DNA of 64,000 bases from Eledone cirrhosa (lineage: Eukaryota): the NCBI GenBank assembly GCA_964016885.1, contig OZ024741.1:293880001-293944000 (forward strand). Reading direction: 5' to 3'. The notes below the pieces were generated by a model that worked only from the letters and a program-made list of their open reading frames with translations, did no database searches and had not been told where the DNA came from. This document shows positions 39,596 through 53,100 of the stretch, piece after piece; within the stretch, counting starts at the first letter, position 1, and each line of letters opens with the position of its first letter. The position numbers were made by a program, and so were the translations under genes.

Positions 39596-39955
39596 TGCTA
39601 CTGTACGTCTGTATACATATATGTATGTACGTATAAATATATATATATATTTGTATGCATATATATATATATATATATATATTGGGGGAGTATATGATTG
39701 TGTGTTTGTGTTGGTCAGTACATATGGTTTTCATGAAAAAACAATTTAATCTAATAATAAATGTTTCGATTATCCTTATAGAGAAAGCAAGCCTTGCTAA
39801 CTTCAATTTTTGTACATACTAAAAAGGGACTTTTATATATATACCAGGTGGGCTTATCAATCCCTTTTTTTTAAAAATCATTTTTCTTATATAACATGAT
39901 CTGTATATAATGTTTCCTAACTTCAAAACCTTTTTCACTATATAAGTGTGTGTAT

Positions 39956-39985
<30 letters not shown>

Positions 39986-39989
<4 letters not shown>

Positions 39990-40925
39990 TGTTATACTTT
40001 GGGAGGGTCATGTTGCCAATAAGAAACACACTCACCAGTTGTTTTCACTTCAATTTATTATAAATTAAATTTATAAATTTAGGAATTTATAAATTTCCGG
40101 TTGGTTGGTTGGTTCCACAACCAGACGATTGTTCATATATATAGTCAAAGTTCTTTCGTCACACATTCTGTGACCTCTTCAGTGTCTCACCTATGTACAC
40201 TATATTCTAAGAATATAGTGTACATAGATGAGACAGCTCGTAGTATAGGAGAACGGATAAATGAACACTGGCGAGAGCTTCAAGATAGTAAAGAATCATC
40301 TGTACTCTGCCAACATGCTAAAATAGAACATAAGGGTAAATTAAAGAACATAGAAATAAAAATAGAATCTACACACAGAAAAGATGCAATGTTTAGACAA
40401 ATCACAGAGGCAATAAACATAAATGAACTCCAACCAAAATTAAATAGAAAGCATGAATGGAATAGCAACATCACAACTTACAATTAAGGACAAAATGAAA
40501 ACACACATACACACATAGAACAAACAACCAACCAGTAACATGTAAATAAACAAATATAAACACACACAGATACATGAGCAAACTAAGCACACAACACACA
40601 CAAAAACAAGATGGCGTAGGACAGAACAAAGGAGAGACACAAAAACAAAGAAAAGAATCCCCAGTCACTCAAGAGGTCACAGAATGAGTGACGAAAGAAC
40701 TTTGACTATATATGAACAATGGTTTGGTTGTGGAACCAACCAACCAACCAACCGGAAATTTATAAATTCCTAAATTTATAAATTTAATTTATAATAAATT
40801 GAAGTGAAAGCAACTGGTGCGTGTGTTTCTTATTGGCAACATGACCCTCCCAAAGTATAACAATATCGGTTTCAACACACGTTTTCAGATAAAGAATCTT
40901 GCTAAACAAATTCAGAAACGAAATA
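39986..40925 (+). mobile_element. PLE remnant: inverted terminal copy, GIY-YIG C-terminus, 3' UTR and terminal repeat (pLTR-like)
   Basis: ORF 40101..40487 (YIDETARSIGERINEHW..EAININELQPKLNRKHEW) is homologous to the 58370 ORF; about 200-bp inverted repeat 39986-40184 / 40666-40866. Confidence 0.88.
40143..40187 (-). ncRNA. Hammerhead candidate in the inverted pLTR copy; the sense copy at 40663-40707 has CTCAAGA (G5 mutated)
   Basis: AGACA-CTGAAGA-G-GTCAC(AGAATGT)GTGAC-GAAA-GAAC-TT/TGACT. Confidence 0.6.
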
Positions 40926-41116
40926 TATATATATATATATACATATAAATATATACATATATTAATATAGGAAAATATTCAGGATCCCGGCGGCTTGAGC
41001 TCTGCCGTCGGGGTCCTGAACATTTTCCTATTACCCACTCTACTACCCAAAGTATCGAGTACTGTGGTGTGTTATGGTCCACCTGGTTCCTTACCACACT
41101 TCCTTCGTTATATATT

Positions 41117-41151
<35 letters not shown>

Positions 41152-41399
41152 GTATATGCATATATATATATATGTATATATACATGTATATGTATATATA
41201 TCTATATATGTATATGTATATATATATAAATGTATATATACATGTATATTTATATAGTTATACTTGGGGAGGGTCATATTGTTGTAATAATATTGCCAGA
41301 ATTAATAACAGAACACACCCACTGTTTGGTTGGTTTTCGCTTCTGTATCTTTTATACCAGTTAATTTATTCTTTTATATCAGTTAATATATCTCTCTCT

Positions 41400-42546
41400 A
41401 TCATCATCATCATCATCATCAACGTTTAACGTCCGTGTTCCACGCTTGCATGGGTTTGGACGGGGGTAGTCCCACTTGAGGCAAGAGTGATTGTCTTGCT
41501 CGCATAGGACTGTCTGGCAGGTTTTCTACAGTTGGATGCCCTTCCTAACACCAACGACATTTACAGTGTGGGGCTGGAAGGTTTTTACCGTGTTGCCTAC
41601 ACGGCCACATTACAGCGTGGACTGTGTGTTTTTTTTTGTCGTGACACCTACACGATCTCATTTGTTTCGGCCTGGATGGCGCGGCACCAACATAACTTTA
41701 CATAGAACGGGGTGGTGTGGATGGGGTGGTGGTGGTGGGACGGGGTGTATTTTGTTAGAGATGCCTACTGGCTGTAGTAGGTTTTACTATGTATTTAGGT
41801 AAGGCGGGTCTTCTCTGTTACGGAGTACCGCCAAAGGTCTCGGTCCAGTGACATTGTCTTGGAGAGGTGTAAGTGTGTGAGGTCGGAGTTTATCAGCTCG
41901 TCCCAGGTTTTTCTGGGTCTGCCTACTCCGTGGCTACCGTCTATCTTTATTGCCCTGCACTTTTTAATACAGCTGTCGTCTTTCATGCGCATCACGTGTC
42001 CATACCAACGTAGCCTTCTCTCGAGTAAACAACATCTGATCCCTCTTATTTCTAATTTTTTCCTTAGTTCGTTTATGCTTTGCCGTTCACGTATATTACT
42101 GTTACACATCCAGCGGAGCATGCAAGCTTCGTTCCTCTCTAGTCTGCGTATATCCTCTGCACACAATGCCCAGGTCTCACTGCCATGCAACATTGCTGTT
42201 CGTATGCAGGCATTGTACAACCTGCCTTTCATTTTTAGGGAGAACCCTTTAGCAGCTAATAGTGGTATAAGCTCTCTGAACTTTTTCCAACCAGTTCTGA
42301 CTCTAGCTACTGTACTTTCAGAGCACCCTCCCCCACTGCTGATTTTATCGCCCAGGTAACGGAAGCTGTCCACTATTTCTATAGAACCCTCTGCGCAATT
42401 GAAAGAGCTAGTATTTGTGGGCACTTGCTGCTACTTATTGCACCAGAGCACCGGCCACATGTAAAATCTATGTTCTTAGTTAGCTTACCTGTGATCCCAC
42501 TACATCTTTTATGCACCCATACTTTGCATTTAGGACATAAAATGGA
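41400..42546 (-). mobile_element. 5'-truncated RTE family A copy
   Basis: ORF 41795..42424 equals the C-terminus of the intact RTE; same 3' UTR; (ATC)n tail at 41400; ends at a TA-rich tract. Confidence 0.95.
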
Positions 42547-42606
42547 TCTATATATATAGATATAGATATATGTACATATATGTATATATGTACATACATC
42601 TATATC

Positions 42607-42666
<60 letters not shown>

Positions 42667-43363
42667 TAAAAATAAACACACATACATTTATACATTTATA
42701 GATAGATAGTTGTGTAAGTCAGTGTTATATATATATAGTGAAGTGTTTTGCTTTATGATAACCAATATAGAATAAACTTACACTTGCCCCCATGATAGTT
42801 TCTAACATCATATCATATCCCTGATTGGTGAAATTTAAAATGTTTCAAGATAGAAATATCTGAAAGTAATTATATAATATAAAAAATGGCATGTGTGTGC
42901 ATGCACACACGCACACGCACACACACACACACATATATACACAAAATTATTTTGAAAATACTTTGATTGGTAATTTTTATTGTCATTAGAGAACACAATA
43001 GATGGAGGGTTTATATTTATAATAGCCTCCTACACAATATTGAAAGAATTTTTTTCATCTATTGTTGAAGCAGAGTTTAACGTATGGTATCACCAGACAA
43101 TGGATATTGATAGCCATGCAAAGAATGGTAGGTAACACATAAAGACTTATCTAGGAATATGGAGGTCAATTCTTGATAATGATTGGAAAAGCATTTGATC
43201 TCTAGACATTCTGGAGAATATCATGGCGCTGCTCAATAGTTGAATATAAACTAGCACCTATAAAATTCTTAAGTTTCAATGAACTTTAAAAAAAAATCTG
43301 TGTTCAAAATGTATTAGAAATATGAGCTACACCATATCTATACATACACATTTACACATGCAT

Positions 43364-43467
<104 letters not shown>

Positions 43468-44877
43468 TAAATCTGGCTCTTGTTCTATGAAACAAAATTA
43501 CCCACTTTAAAAGTTTCTTATTTAAATTAAAATCTTCCAACATAGTTTTATAAATGAACCATATATTACATTACTATCATGTATCTTGTAATGAAATAAT
43601 TAATAACTTTGGTAAGTTCTTTAAATTTCTTCATTAATTAATTGAAATATAGTGTGTTTCCTTAGAAATACACTCTATTTCAAACATATGTAGTCAGGTT
43701 ATTTTTACAGCATCCGTTATATAATTAAAAAAACATGTTATATAGTTAAGCATCTGTTATAAGGTTAAACAACATCTGTTCTATAGTTAAACGTGTTATA
43801 TGGTTAAACAACATCTGATGTATGTTTTCTTTTATAACATCTGCTTTTATGGTTAAATGGCATTTGTTGTATGGTTAAACATGTTCTTTACCGCATCTGT
43901 AGTATAATTTTAAATAACATCTGTTATGTGGCTAAGCAACAGCAGTTGTATGGTTCTTTAGAGCATCCTGTTTGGCTCATTATTACAGATACCTGTTGTA
44001 TATGTTTCTGCAATATTGCTCATATTTATAATCAGAGTTCAAACCCTGCTAAGGTCAACTTTACTTTTTATTCTCTCTGGGCATTAATGAAATACCTGAC
44101 ATCTTTTTTTACAGCATCTGTTATCTGTTTTACATAATCAGCATTGTGTAGAAATGTCACAATACTTGATTGTGTAATATTTCTATCAAAGGATATCAAA
44201 TGAAATGCTTTGATGTTTCACTGAATTCTTGCTTTATGATCTTTCTTGAGGAATTCCATCATCTTCAAGTGAAAATTCTCTGGTTGAGTGGCTTTAATCA
44301 AGACATTTGTCATTGTTTTGTTACTTCAAAATGTTTAATCAGATCAGTTATGACACTTAAAAGGAAAACATTGTTAGAAAGAGCATAGTTGTTGCTGTAG
44401 CCCATACACTATCATCCGGTTTTCTCTCTATTATGGAACCGTAACTCCTGAGGGAGTTGTAGGTGCACAGTATTGAAATACAGAGTTTCTAGGGAATTTT
44501 AAAACCTGGTGGATTACATTTCACCAGGTCTGAATAAAGAAGATTTCTTCCAGAGAACAATTGAGAGAATAAGTGACAGAAAAGAAGTGAGAAAGAGATA
44601 TAGAGGAAGAATCAACCCCAATACTAGACTGGTACTTTTTTTATCAACCTTAAACGGATGAAAGGCAAAGTTCACTTCCTTTTGTCTGGTACTATTTTTT
44701 TTTCACCCCAAAATGATGAAAGCCAAAGTTGACCTAAGCTGGATTTAAACTCAGAATGTTTCAGCTCTGTACATTCTGATTTTGGATCCTACTGAGGGCA
44801 ACTTTGCATGTTATCCTTCTGGGATCAACTTTCCTCTCCCCCACAAAAAACTATTATTATCATCTGAAGTATAATAA

Positions 44878-45038
44878 TTATTTCTACTTTTGGCACAAGG
44901 CCAGCAATTATCCCAGTGCATTACTGGCACTTTATTTTATCAACCCCGTAAGGATGAATGGCAAAGTTAACCTCAGCGGGATTTGAACTCAGATTGGAAA
45001 GGGCCGTAACTCTATGCATCAAAGCATGGCGTCCGACC
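44878..45038 (-). mobile_element. Meta-like SINE; older fragments nearby at 44615-44830
   Basis: Reverse-complement homology to 29056-29245. Confidence 0.8.
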
Positions 45039-45941
45039 ATAATAATAATGTCTAACATAAATATAAGACACCATATTTTAGAAGTGTGGAAATAGGCTGT
45101 TTAACCCTTTGATACCAACCCATTTGAAGGTGTCCCTAGTTCTATGATGCAAAAGTTCTTGTTTTAAAATGTTTACATTTAGCAAAAAATATCTTACATC
45201 ATAATTTTATGTACAAACCTGTAAGTTATGTTCCAAACAGCAGAACGATAATGATACAATTAGTTATATTGCTAAATCCCTCTAAGACTGACTAGAAATG
45301 GCAGCCAAATATCTCTCTAATTGTACTCTACAATATAAAAACAGGACATACTTGATATTGTAATTTGGAATTCTATATAGTTGAAGAAAATGAGACAGAC
45401 ATGTGTGGAACACCTCTAGCCATAGTCAGGGTTCACCTTGGGGTTAAGCAAGAACAAGTCATAAAAATAGCAGCCAAATCAGCCTCAAACCATATTCTAC
45501 CACCTTAAAAAAGAGGACAAATTAGATATAATCTCTGTTGGTACAATATATTAAAATGGCTACAATGCTTCTGACTGTAAGACTGCTTGATGAATGTTCA
45601 CCTGGAGCTAAACAACAAGACTAACCAGAAATAGCCAAATCTGCCTCAAATCAAACTCCATCTGCTGGGGTTTATGGGGTGGCCAACTCATGGGGTCCCA
45701 TTTGCTTATAATAGTGAGAGCAAGAGAGATGGAGGCAGTGACAACAAGAATTTGATTCCATTATGTTCAGACCTTATATATATGTCTATATTTATTTAGC
45801 ACACCATCTTCTAGCATATCAACATCTACCATATAAAAAAAACAACACATTCGACAATGTCATCTATGGTACATTATGGTTAAACAAAAGATGGGGAGGG
45901 TTCACAGCTGGAATGTCTTTAAATATAAGACTGCTTAATAG

Positions 45942-46215
45942 TGGAGGTGTGTGGCCTAGTGGTTAGGGTGTTGGACTTATGATCAGAATGTCATGGGTCC
46001 TAGGCTGGGTCATAAGTTGTGTTCTTGGGCAAAACACTCCATTTCACTTTGCTCCAGTATGTATGAAAATGTGTACCAGCAACAGATGGATGTTTATCCC
46101 TGTGATGGACTGGCATCCTGTCCAGGTGAGTTATGTACTCTTGTTTGCCTCATGCCATGAAAATGGGATAAGCACCAGCTTGGTGAGCCTCCCGGCCTGA
46201 GACAGACTTTAGACT
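45942..46215 (+). mobile_element. Older tRNA-derived SINE with CORE-like block and a different tail
   Basis: TGGCCTAGTGGTTAGGG head; GTGTTCTTGGGCAAAACACT..TTGCTCCAGT; CCTGTGATGGACTGGCATCCTGTCCAGG. Confidence 0.65.
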
Positions 46216-47179
46216 TAGACTTAATCCGGACTCATCTGGGGATAAACAACAACAACAACTAGGGAAGAAAATTTAGTTATTTTCTTTCGTGTGTTTTGTT
46301 TATTCAATGATATTAGTTCTTGTAAAATATCCTCTAGGAATTTTTATATCAAACAGAGTAGCACTTTGCCTTAAAAGCTTAAAGTAGTCACTGCTTTTAA
46401 AATATAAAATTAAGAGGGATGAGGAACTGAGGGAGAAGAAGGAAGAGGAAGATACGGAGAAAAATAATGAAAAGCTAAAGAAAGCAAACTCTTCTTTTTC
46501 ACGCCCACATGCACACCCTTGCTGCCACCATTAAGCAGTCCAATGTTATTGGTGCTGTTGTTGTTTTTTGATGCTGTTATAGTGAAGAGTGAAAGCTGAT
46601 TAGTATTGCAGGAACACCAATCTGAATATTGAATCTAGCTGATTTTGTTGTCACATCAAAGAGGACATACTAAAATAGTATATTGTAGTGCTGTCATTTC
46701 CTATCTTTTCACTATAATACAGATTTTACACTCAAATATACACAGCGACCACTTGATTTTCCCTTAAAGACATCTTCAATTAAAAAGCTTTTCTTTCTTT
46801 CTTGCTTTCTTACTTTCTTTGTTTATATTTTTCTAAAAACATTTTTTTCTTAACTAACAGACCACCTCCACATTCCTCCTTTCACTTGTCTCTTTTCTTT
46901 TCTTGTTTGCACACACCTCATCTCCCTTTCTACCTGTCCGCACACCCCTCACTTATCTGATTGTGTTAAGTAAAGCGAGGAATCACTTGTACTTTATAAG
47001 ACATAGCCACTAACAATTAAAGGCTCCATCAGAGAAGTTTCAAAAGATTTATTATTATATATTTGCATTGATTTTATTTTTAAATTTATCATCATCATTA
47101 GTCTCCTTTTTATTGCATACTTCCACTGTAAAAGTGAGCACAGTTCTGTGTGACTTGGTGTTGTTTTTATTGTATTTAA

Positions 47180-47560
47180 AGTAAAGTACTCTATGTGTAG
47201 TGCTATTCTCCGAATGTTGTGTATATTTTAACTGCTTTGGTTTTATGTATTTGTCTGTATCTATTTTTTATCATTCCCATGGCATCTATTGCAATAGGGA
47301 TTGTTTCTGTTTTCAATCCCCTCACCCTGATTATTTCTGTTTCTAGATCTTTATATTTGGATAATTTTTCCATTTCCTTGAAAGGGATGTTGTCATGTGT
47401 TACAATTGACATGTCAAGTAGGAGGCCTTTCTTTTCTGGGAAATGTTTACCATAATATCTGGTTGATTAGCATTGATTATTCTGTCTGTATATATTGGCA
47501 TATCCCAGTGTATCATTGCTTCATCATTCTCTGAGGGGTTTTCTGGTATATGACTATGCC
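47180..47560 (-). mobile_element. Fragment of a restriction-like-endonuclease non-LTR element (R4/Dong-like)
   Basis: ENDEAMIHWDMPIYTDRIINANQPDIMV..DMSI..KEMEKLSKYKDLETEI..IPIAIDAMG. Confidence 0.75.
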
Positions 47561-48111
47561 GCTGGTTTATTTTTTTGTTTTTAAAAGCACTCACTCTACA
47601 CGGTAACATGGTTAACATTAGGAATGGCATCCAGCTGTAAAAACTAAGCCTTAATATAAAACCATGTGAGCATGGCGTGGTCTCTGGACCTGACTTTTGT
47701 CATAATGTGACAACCCATCTAACCCATGCTAGTGTGGAAAATAGATGTTAAACAGTTATGAGGATGATGAATCATATGTTCTGGATATCACTATTTCCAA
47801 ATCTGTGTATTTGAAAAATTTCTCGATTTCAGTTTGCAGCACATTATTGTTTGTGGGGACTGATACTTTGATCAAGTCATATTCTCTTTCCTGGTGGACC
47901 TTGACAACACTATTTTGTCAATTCAACTTTCAGTTTGGCATATGCCCAACTATAATTGCTTTAGGAATTTCAACTTGTGTATGGTTGTAGTGAAACACTT
48001 GTCCTCAAGTATGGTTTGGTAATTTTTGTGGAATTAACTCTATAGCAAACTCGTCCTTTGGACTTCTGCTTTACTAACTTTGGATATATACCTTCTGACT
48101 TTTCACTAATA

Positions 48112-48817
48112 TATATAAATATAAGAAAGTTTTTTCGCTCTACATGGCTGAATACAATAAATGTAATTTGAGTTTTTCGAATATTAATAATAACATTTGA
48201 TTTGTTTGCAATTATGCAAACAAGCCTCAATTTTATAGCCATGTCAGTAGAATGAACCCTTCATTCTTGCTCTTGTGTTGGTATGTGAACAGAACTGCAG
48301 ACACTAATGTTTCATCACTACAGCTCACTGTTCACCTGCCAAACTCTCAGAGCTAGAGAAAATATATGCTATTTTCAAAAATACACAGTGACTGATCGGC
48401 CTGATTTGTATATTAGCAGAATGGCTGATCAGTCAGATCTGCATATTAGAAGATCCACTGATCAGCCAGATTTGCATATCAGTAGACTGGCCAGTCAGTT
48501 TCCTTTATACGAGCGATAAATGGCCGTCTTTGCCAAATTCAAATAAAAAAGAAAGTTTTTTTTGCTCTACATGGCTGAATACAATAAATGTAATCTGAGT
48601 TTTTCGAATATTAATAATAACATTCGATTCGTTTGCAGTTATGCAAACAGCTGATACCCAGAAACATTAGTGTCTGCAGTTCTGTTCACATGCCAATACA
48701 AGATCAAGAATGAAGAGTTCATTCTACTGACATGGCTATAAAATTGAGGCTTGTTTGCATAATTGCAAACGAATCGAACATTATTATTAATATTCAAAAA
48801 ACTCAGATTACATTTAT
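48112..48817. mobile_element. Complex TA-flanked fold-back element (A-B..A-B'A')
   Basis: About 48155-48313 is inverted at about 48661-48816; about 48124-48221 is repeated directly at about 48549-48649; internal ~33-bp tandem repeats at 48392-48500. Confidence 0.7.
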
Positions 48818-49014
48818 ATATATATATATATACAATGTTTAATATAGAAATGGCTTCTAGGGTACTAGAACTATTTCATTCAAAAGAAATCATTAAGAAA
48901 GCCAACTTTTGAATAAAATAGTTGTAGTTCTGTAGAAGCAATTTCTATATTAAACATTATTTACACTCTACTAATGTATTGAGTACCTTGCTTAATTTGA
49001 TTGAGCCCATGACT

Positions 49015-49080
<66 letters not shown>

Positions 49081-49150
49081 AATCCTGGGTTCAATCAGGG
49101 GTAACCACAGTAATTGAAGTATTCAATACATTAGTAGAGTATATAGAATT

Positions 49151-49202
49151 GGCTTCTACAGTACTAGAACTGTTTCATTCGATAGAAATCATCAGGAAAG
49201 CC
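49151..49202 (-). ncRNA. Hammerhead candidate with weak stem II
   Basis: GGCTTTC-CTGATGA-TTTCTATCGAAT-GAAA-CAG(TTCTAGTA)CTG-TA/GAAGCC; relatives at 28137-28220, 48848-48950 and 49203-49250. Confidence 0.65.
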
Positions 49203-49607
49203 CTAATAATTTCTTTCGAATGAAACAGTTCTTGTCCTGTAGAAGCCATTCTATATTAATTTTATATATATATATATTAAAAAAACCTTATTTATACTCC
49301 CTCGCTTGGTGCAATTTAGATCAGCATGGGTTTGGTTTATTTATTTTATTTTTTGTTGTTTTTTTGTTTTATATTTGCCGTTTTTACTATATGTTCTCTT
49401 TTCCTTCTATGGAGCTTTGTGCTATATATAAAGTTAGAATCAAAAGAATTGTGGGTTTTTATTTCAGTTTATTTTTTATTTTTTCATTCTCTATTGTATT
49501 AGGATGGAATTATTAAATAGATGCATAGATAGATATTTAGATAGATTGATATTCAGATGGCTTTATGGATATATATATATATACACACATATATGTATGT
49601 GTGTGTA

Positions 49608-49670
<63 letters not shown>

Positions 49671-49997
49671 CTAGCTAGAGAGTTAGATAGATGTATTTAA
49701 AGAAAAGAAAATAAGCTAAATGATAAGCAAAAATATGAAGTTTTTCTTGAAAGTAGGAAAGTTTCCTTCTCACATGATCAGTCATACTTTGAGTGCCAAC
49801 TATAATCTTGTATAAAGAACTGCCAGAATCAATGCCATGCTTCATTCTACTCCAAACTTTGGTATGTCTCTATTTCCTCTTCATTCTTCTTCATGCTTTC
49901 CAATGCACCATCTCAAAATCTAACTGAAATATGTTTGAGAGAAGTTTAAAATTTCTTCTCTTGCTTAACATAGGTTTCTCTCTCTCTCTCTCTCTCT

Positions 49998-50086
<89 letters not shown>

Positions 50087-53000
50087 ATATATCTTCTCTA
50101 GATTCTGCTTCACTGATATTTGATGCACTAAAAGTCACTTTCCATTTGGTAATGTTAGCAATGCTTGCAAATACTCTAGAAACATTTTTCTATGCTGCAA
50201 TGGCTATATAAATTTGATTGTAATCTTATAAATATATATATATATATATATATGCACATATTTATATGTGTGTGCATATGCATATATATATATATGTATT
50301 TAAAATATTATAATTAATATATATATATGTATATATTCCATAAACTTTTGCAATTTCCCGTCTTTACTTTTTTTATTGCATTTTGCTAAAGTATAAATCT
50401 TTTAGTCCAGTATCATAGTTTTCAATTTTTTCTTTAAAAATAATTATATGTATAGAGAAGGAAATTACTTATTCACCTCATTCATTCGCCATCCTTAACT
50501 ATGTCTTTGTTTTCATTGTTGTATTTGTTATTTTCTTAACGATAGGACATTTTGGGTGGTTATTAATTGTAATGCATTCTTTATTCATTCTTCCATATTG
50601 AAATAGATGTGATGTATAAGAGGGTAATTTTAAAATATTATTAGGAATTTTTCTAGTAGAAATTTAGTTTGTCTAAATCTATACACAGGCTATATCAACA
50701 TTGAAATATACTGATTTTTGCACTGTAGTCTTTCTACAACATAATAGGATGCCATAGACTTTTAATGTCAAGGCAAAATAATGAATTCCGTATCAATTCT
50801 TTTCCAATTATCTGTTTCTTCTCATGGATGGATGACTGAGTACAATAATTGTAAATGAATGCATATACACTTATGTGCATGTGAGTGTATGAATCTACAC
50901 ACATAGAGAGAGTTTAGAATAGGTACATAGTATCCTAGTATGTCAAAAAAGACAACTAACATGGTTTGTGCAAAGTAGAGCATCTGGTTATAGAATGTCC
51001 ATGGTGAATATGAAGCTTGCTCACTGCTTGTTGTGTAGTTGTGCATGTCTAGTCAGTAAACTTGTTCATATTTGCATTTTACTTTCACTTATTAATTTTG
51101 GCATTTGCTAACAATCGCTAGTTTCTTCAGACTCAGGTGGTCTTGACCAGGTACACGATATAATCACCAGTGTGGGAAAATTTGAACCATTAACTCTTTC
51201 ATTGACAGCCAAACATCCTCTTGATCTAACCATCTGCAAATTTTCTTTACACAAAAAAACTTTGTTTATATTTTCATACTAACTCAGCTGATACAGTCCC
51301 TATATTATATTATACAAATTCCCTTGTTTTAAAGTCTCTATCATCAGCATTATTTTTATATTCACTTTCCATGCTGGCATGAGTTGAATGGGTCGTTACT
51401 ATCCATGTGAGTTCTTATTGACTGATACTGCCTCTGTAGATAGCTTGGAGAACTACATCTCACTTTACTAAGTGTACTGGGTGCATTTTAAGATTGCACC
51501 AGTATTAGAGAGGTTTTCATGTTTCCACCCTACTGTGTTTTATTATTGCATTGACACTAAAGAGATTATGTTCGTGTCGAAAAATGCTTTACATCATGTA
51601 TGAATCTCATTTAGTGATGTAATGTCATGAAATTTTTCTAAATTATTTAATTATTATGTTCAATATTAAGTTAAATGCATAAATAATATGGGTTTCATTA
51701 GAAATAGGATCGTGAAATGTTATAAACTAAAAATAACAATAAATTCTCTTTTAATTGTTTTGATAACCAAACTGCCATCAGGTTTATGATAGAGATCTGT
51801 TTATTTTGAAATATTTATATTTATAGAAAAGCTAGTTTTATACACCAGCTTAACTCTTAATATCCTGCACCACATGAAACTGCATTAGCAAGACATTGTC
51901 GAAAAGAACAAAGTATCACTGTGTCTGTATCACATTGAAAATTGGAAGTCCTTACTGAAAATCTACAATTTTTTGCAATGTAAAATACAACAAAAACATA
52001 TGAATTAACAAACCTGTTTTAGACATTTTCTTCTGAATCATTACACCATGTTGACAGTTAATAATGATAAAGTTTGGTATAAATCCCTCTAAATATTTGA
52101 TTATTTAAAAGATTATTGAAAAATCTTTGGCAGTATTTTTCATCAGAAATATGGTAACAAAAGAGTTAAATCTGTTTATTATTAACCAACACATTTCATA
52201 GAAACAAAAACTAAAAGCAGACTATTACTGATATGTACACATATGTTTACATTATCAACTCATTAAGAGAGGTTTATGTTAAGAAAATTGAATATTAAAC
52301 ATCACAACAAATTTTACCACCATTCGCAACATCAACAATTTCATTCTGCTAAAACCCCCCAACTAATCACCTACTTCAATTATTATATATAATCATTTAT
52401 CTAAATTAATATTCATTTCATTGAGCCCCAGTATTAATTTCTATTGAACAAATTTCCTACAGGAATGATTTTAAAGATTTCTGATTTAAATGTTATTTAC
52501 ATATTATATTTGTCTTTTTTAATCCCTTTTTTTTTTATCCCCAATTTAATATATGTAAGATGGTGAAGTAGAAGAAAACTTTGAAATAATGTGATAATAT
52601 ATAATAATAAATGAGTTCTTAACATCAACGAACTTCAAAGAAATCATATACTTACACATATGTATATGTATATGCATGCACACATATATACACATACATA
52701 GATACAAAGGGTGAAAGCAGCGATTCTTTGCTTGAACTTTAATCTGTTATTTTAATAAATGTATATATATATATATAATATGGAAAATTAAGAATCAGTG
52801 ATGCATCGAAACAGAATTTATTAATGTATTACAATTGTTTCTCCAGTGAACAGCTCGAGGTACGGTCTATTTGTCGATCGAACCTGACTCTGGATTCTCA
52901 TAGAGTGCTCAACCGGTATACCGCCTATGGACGCATCCAAGCAACCTTACTACATGTGTATATATATATATATATACATGTATATATATATATATATACA

Positions 53001-53100
53001 TGTGTATATATATATATATATACATGTATATATATATATATATACATGTGTATATATATATATATATATACATGTGTGTTTCATCTCTCTCTCTCTCTCT

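Noticed and set aside
45100-45260. TTAACCCTT-ended MITE-like remnants (also about 16880-17127, 29830-30085, 43480-43680, 52000-52170) and a hAT-like end at 18826-18848
   Set aside because: A repeated family is evident, but it is too decayed to define boundaries, TIR pairs or superfamily by eye.
52820-52900. Possible hammerhead on the minus strand (TCCAG..CTGGA-GAAA-CAATTG-TA)
   Set aside because: The 3' half looks right, but no valid CTGANGA box or stem I partner was found; left unassigned.
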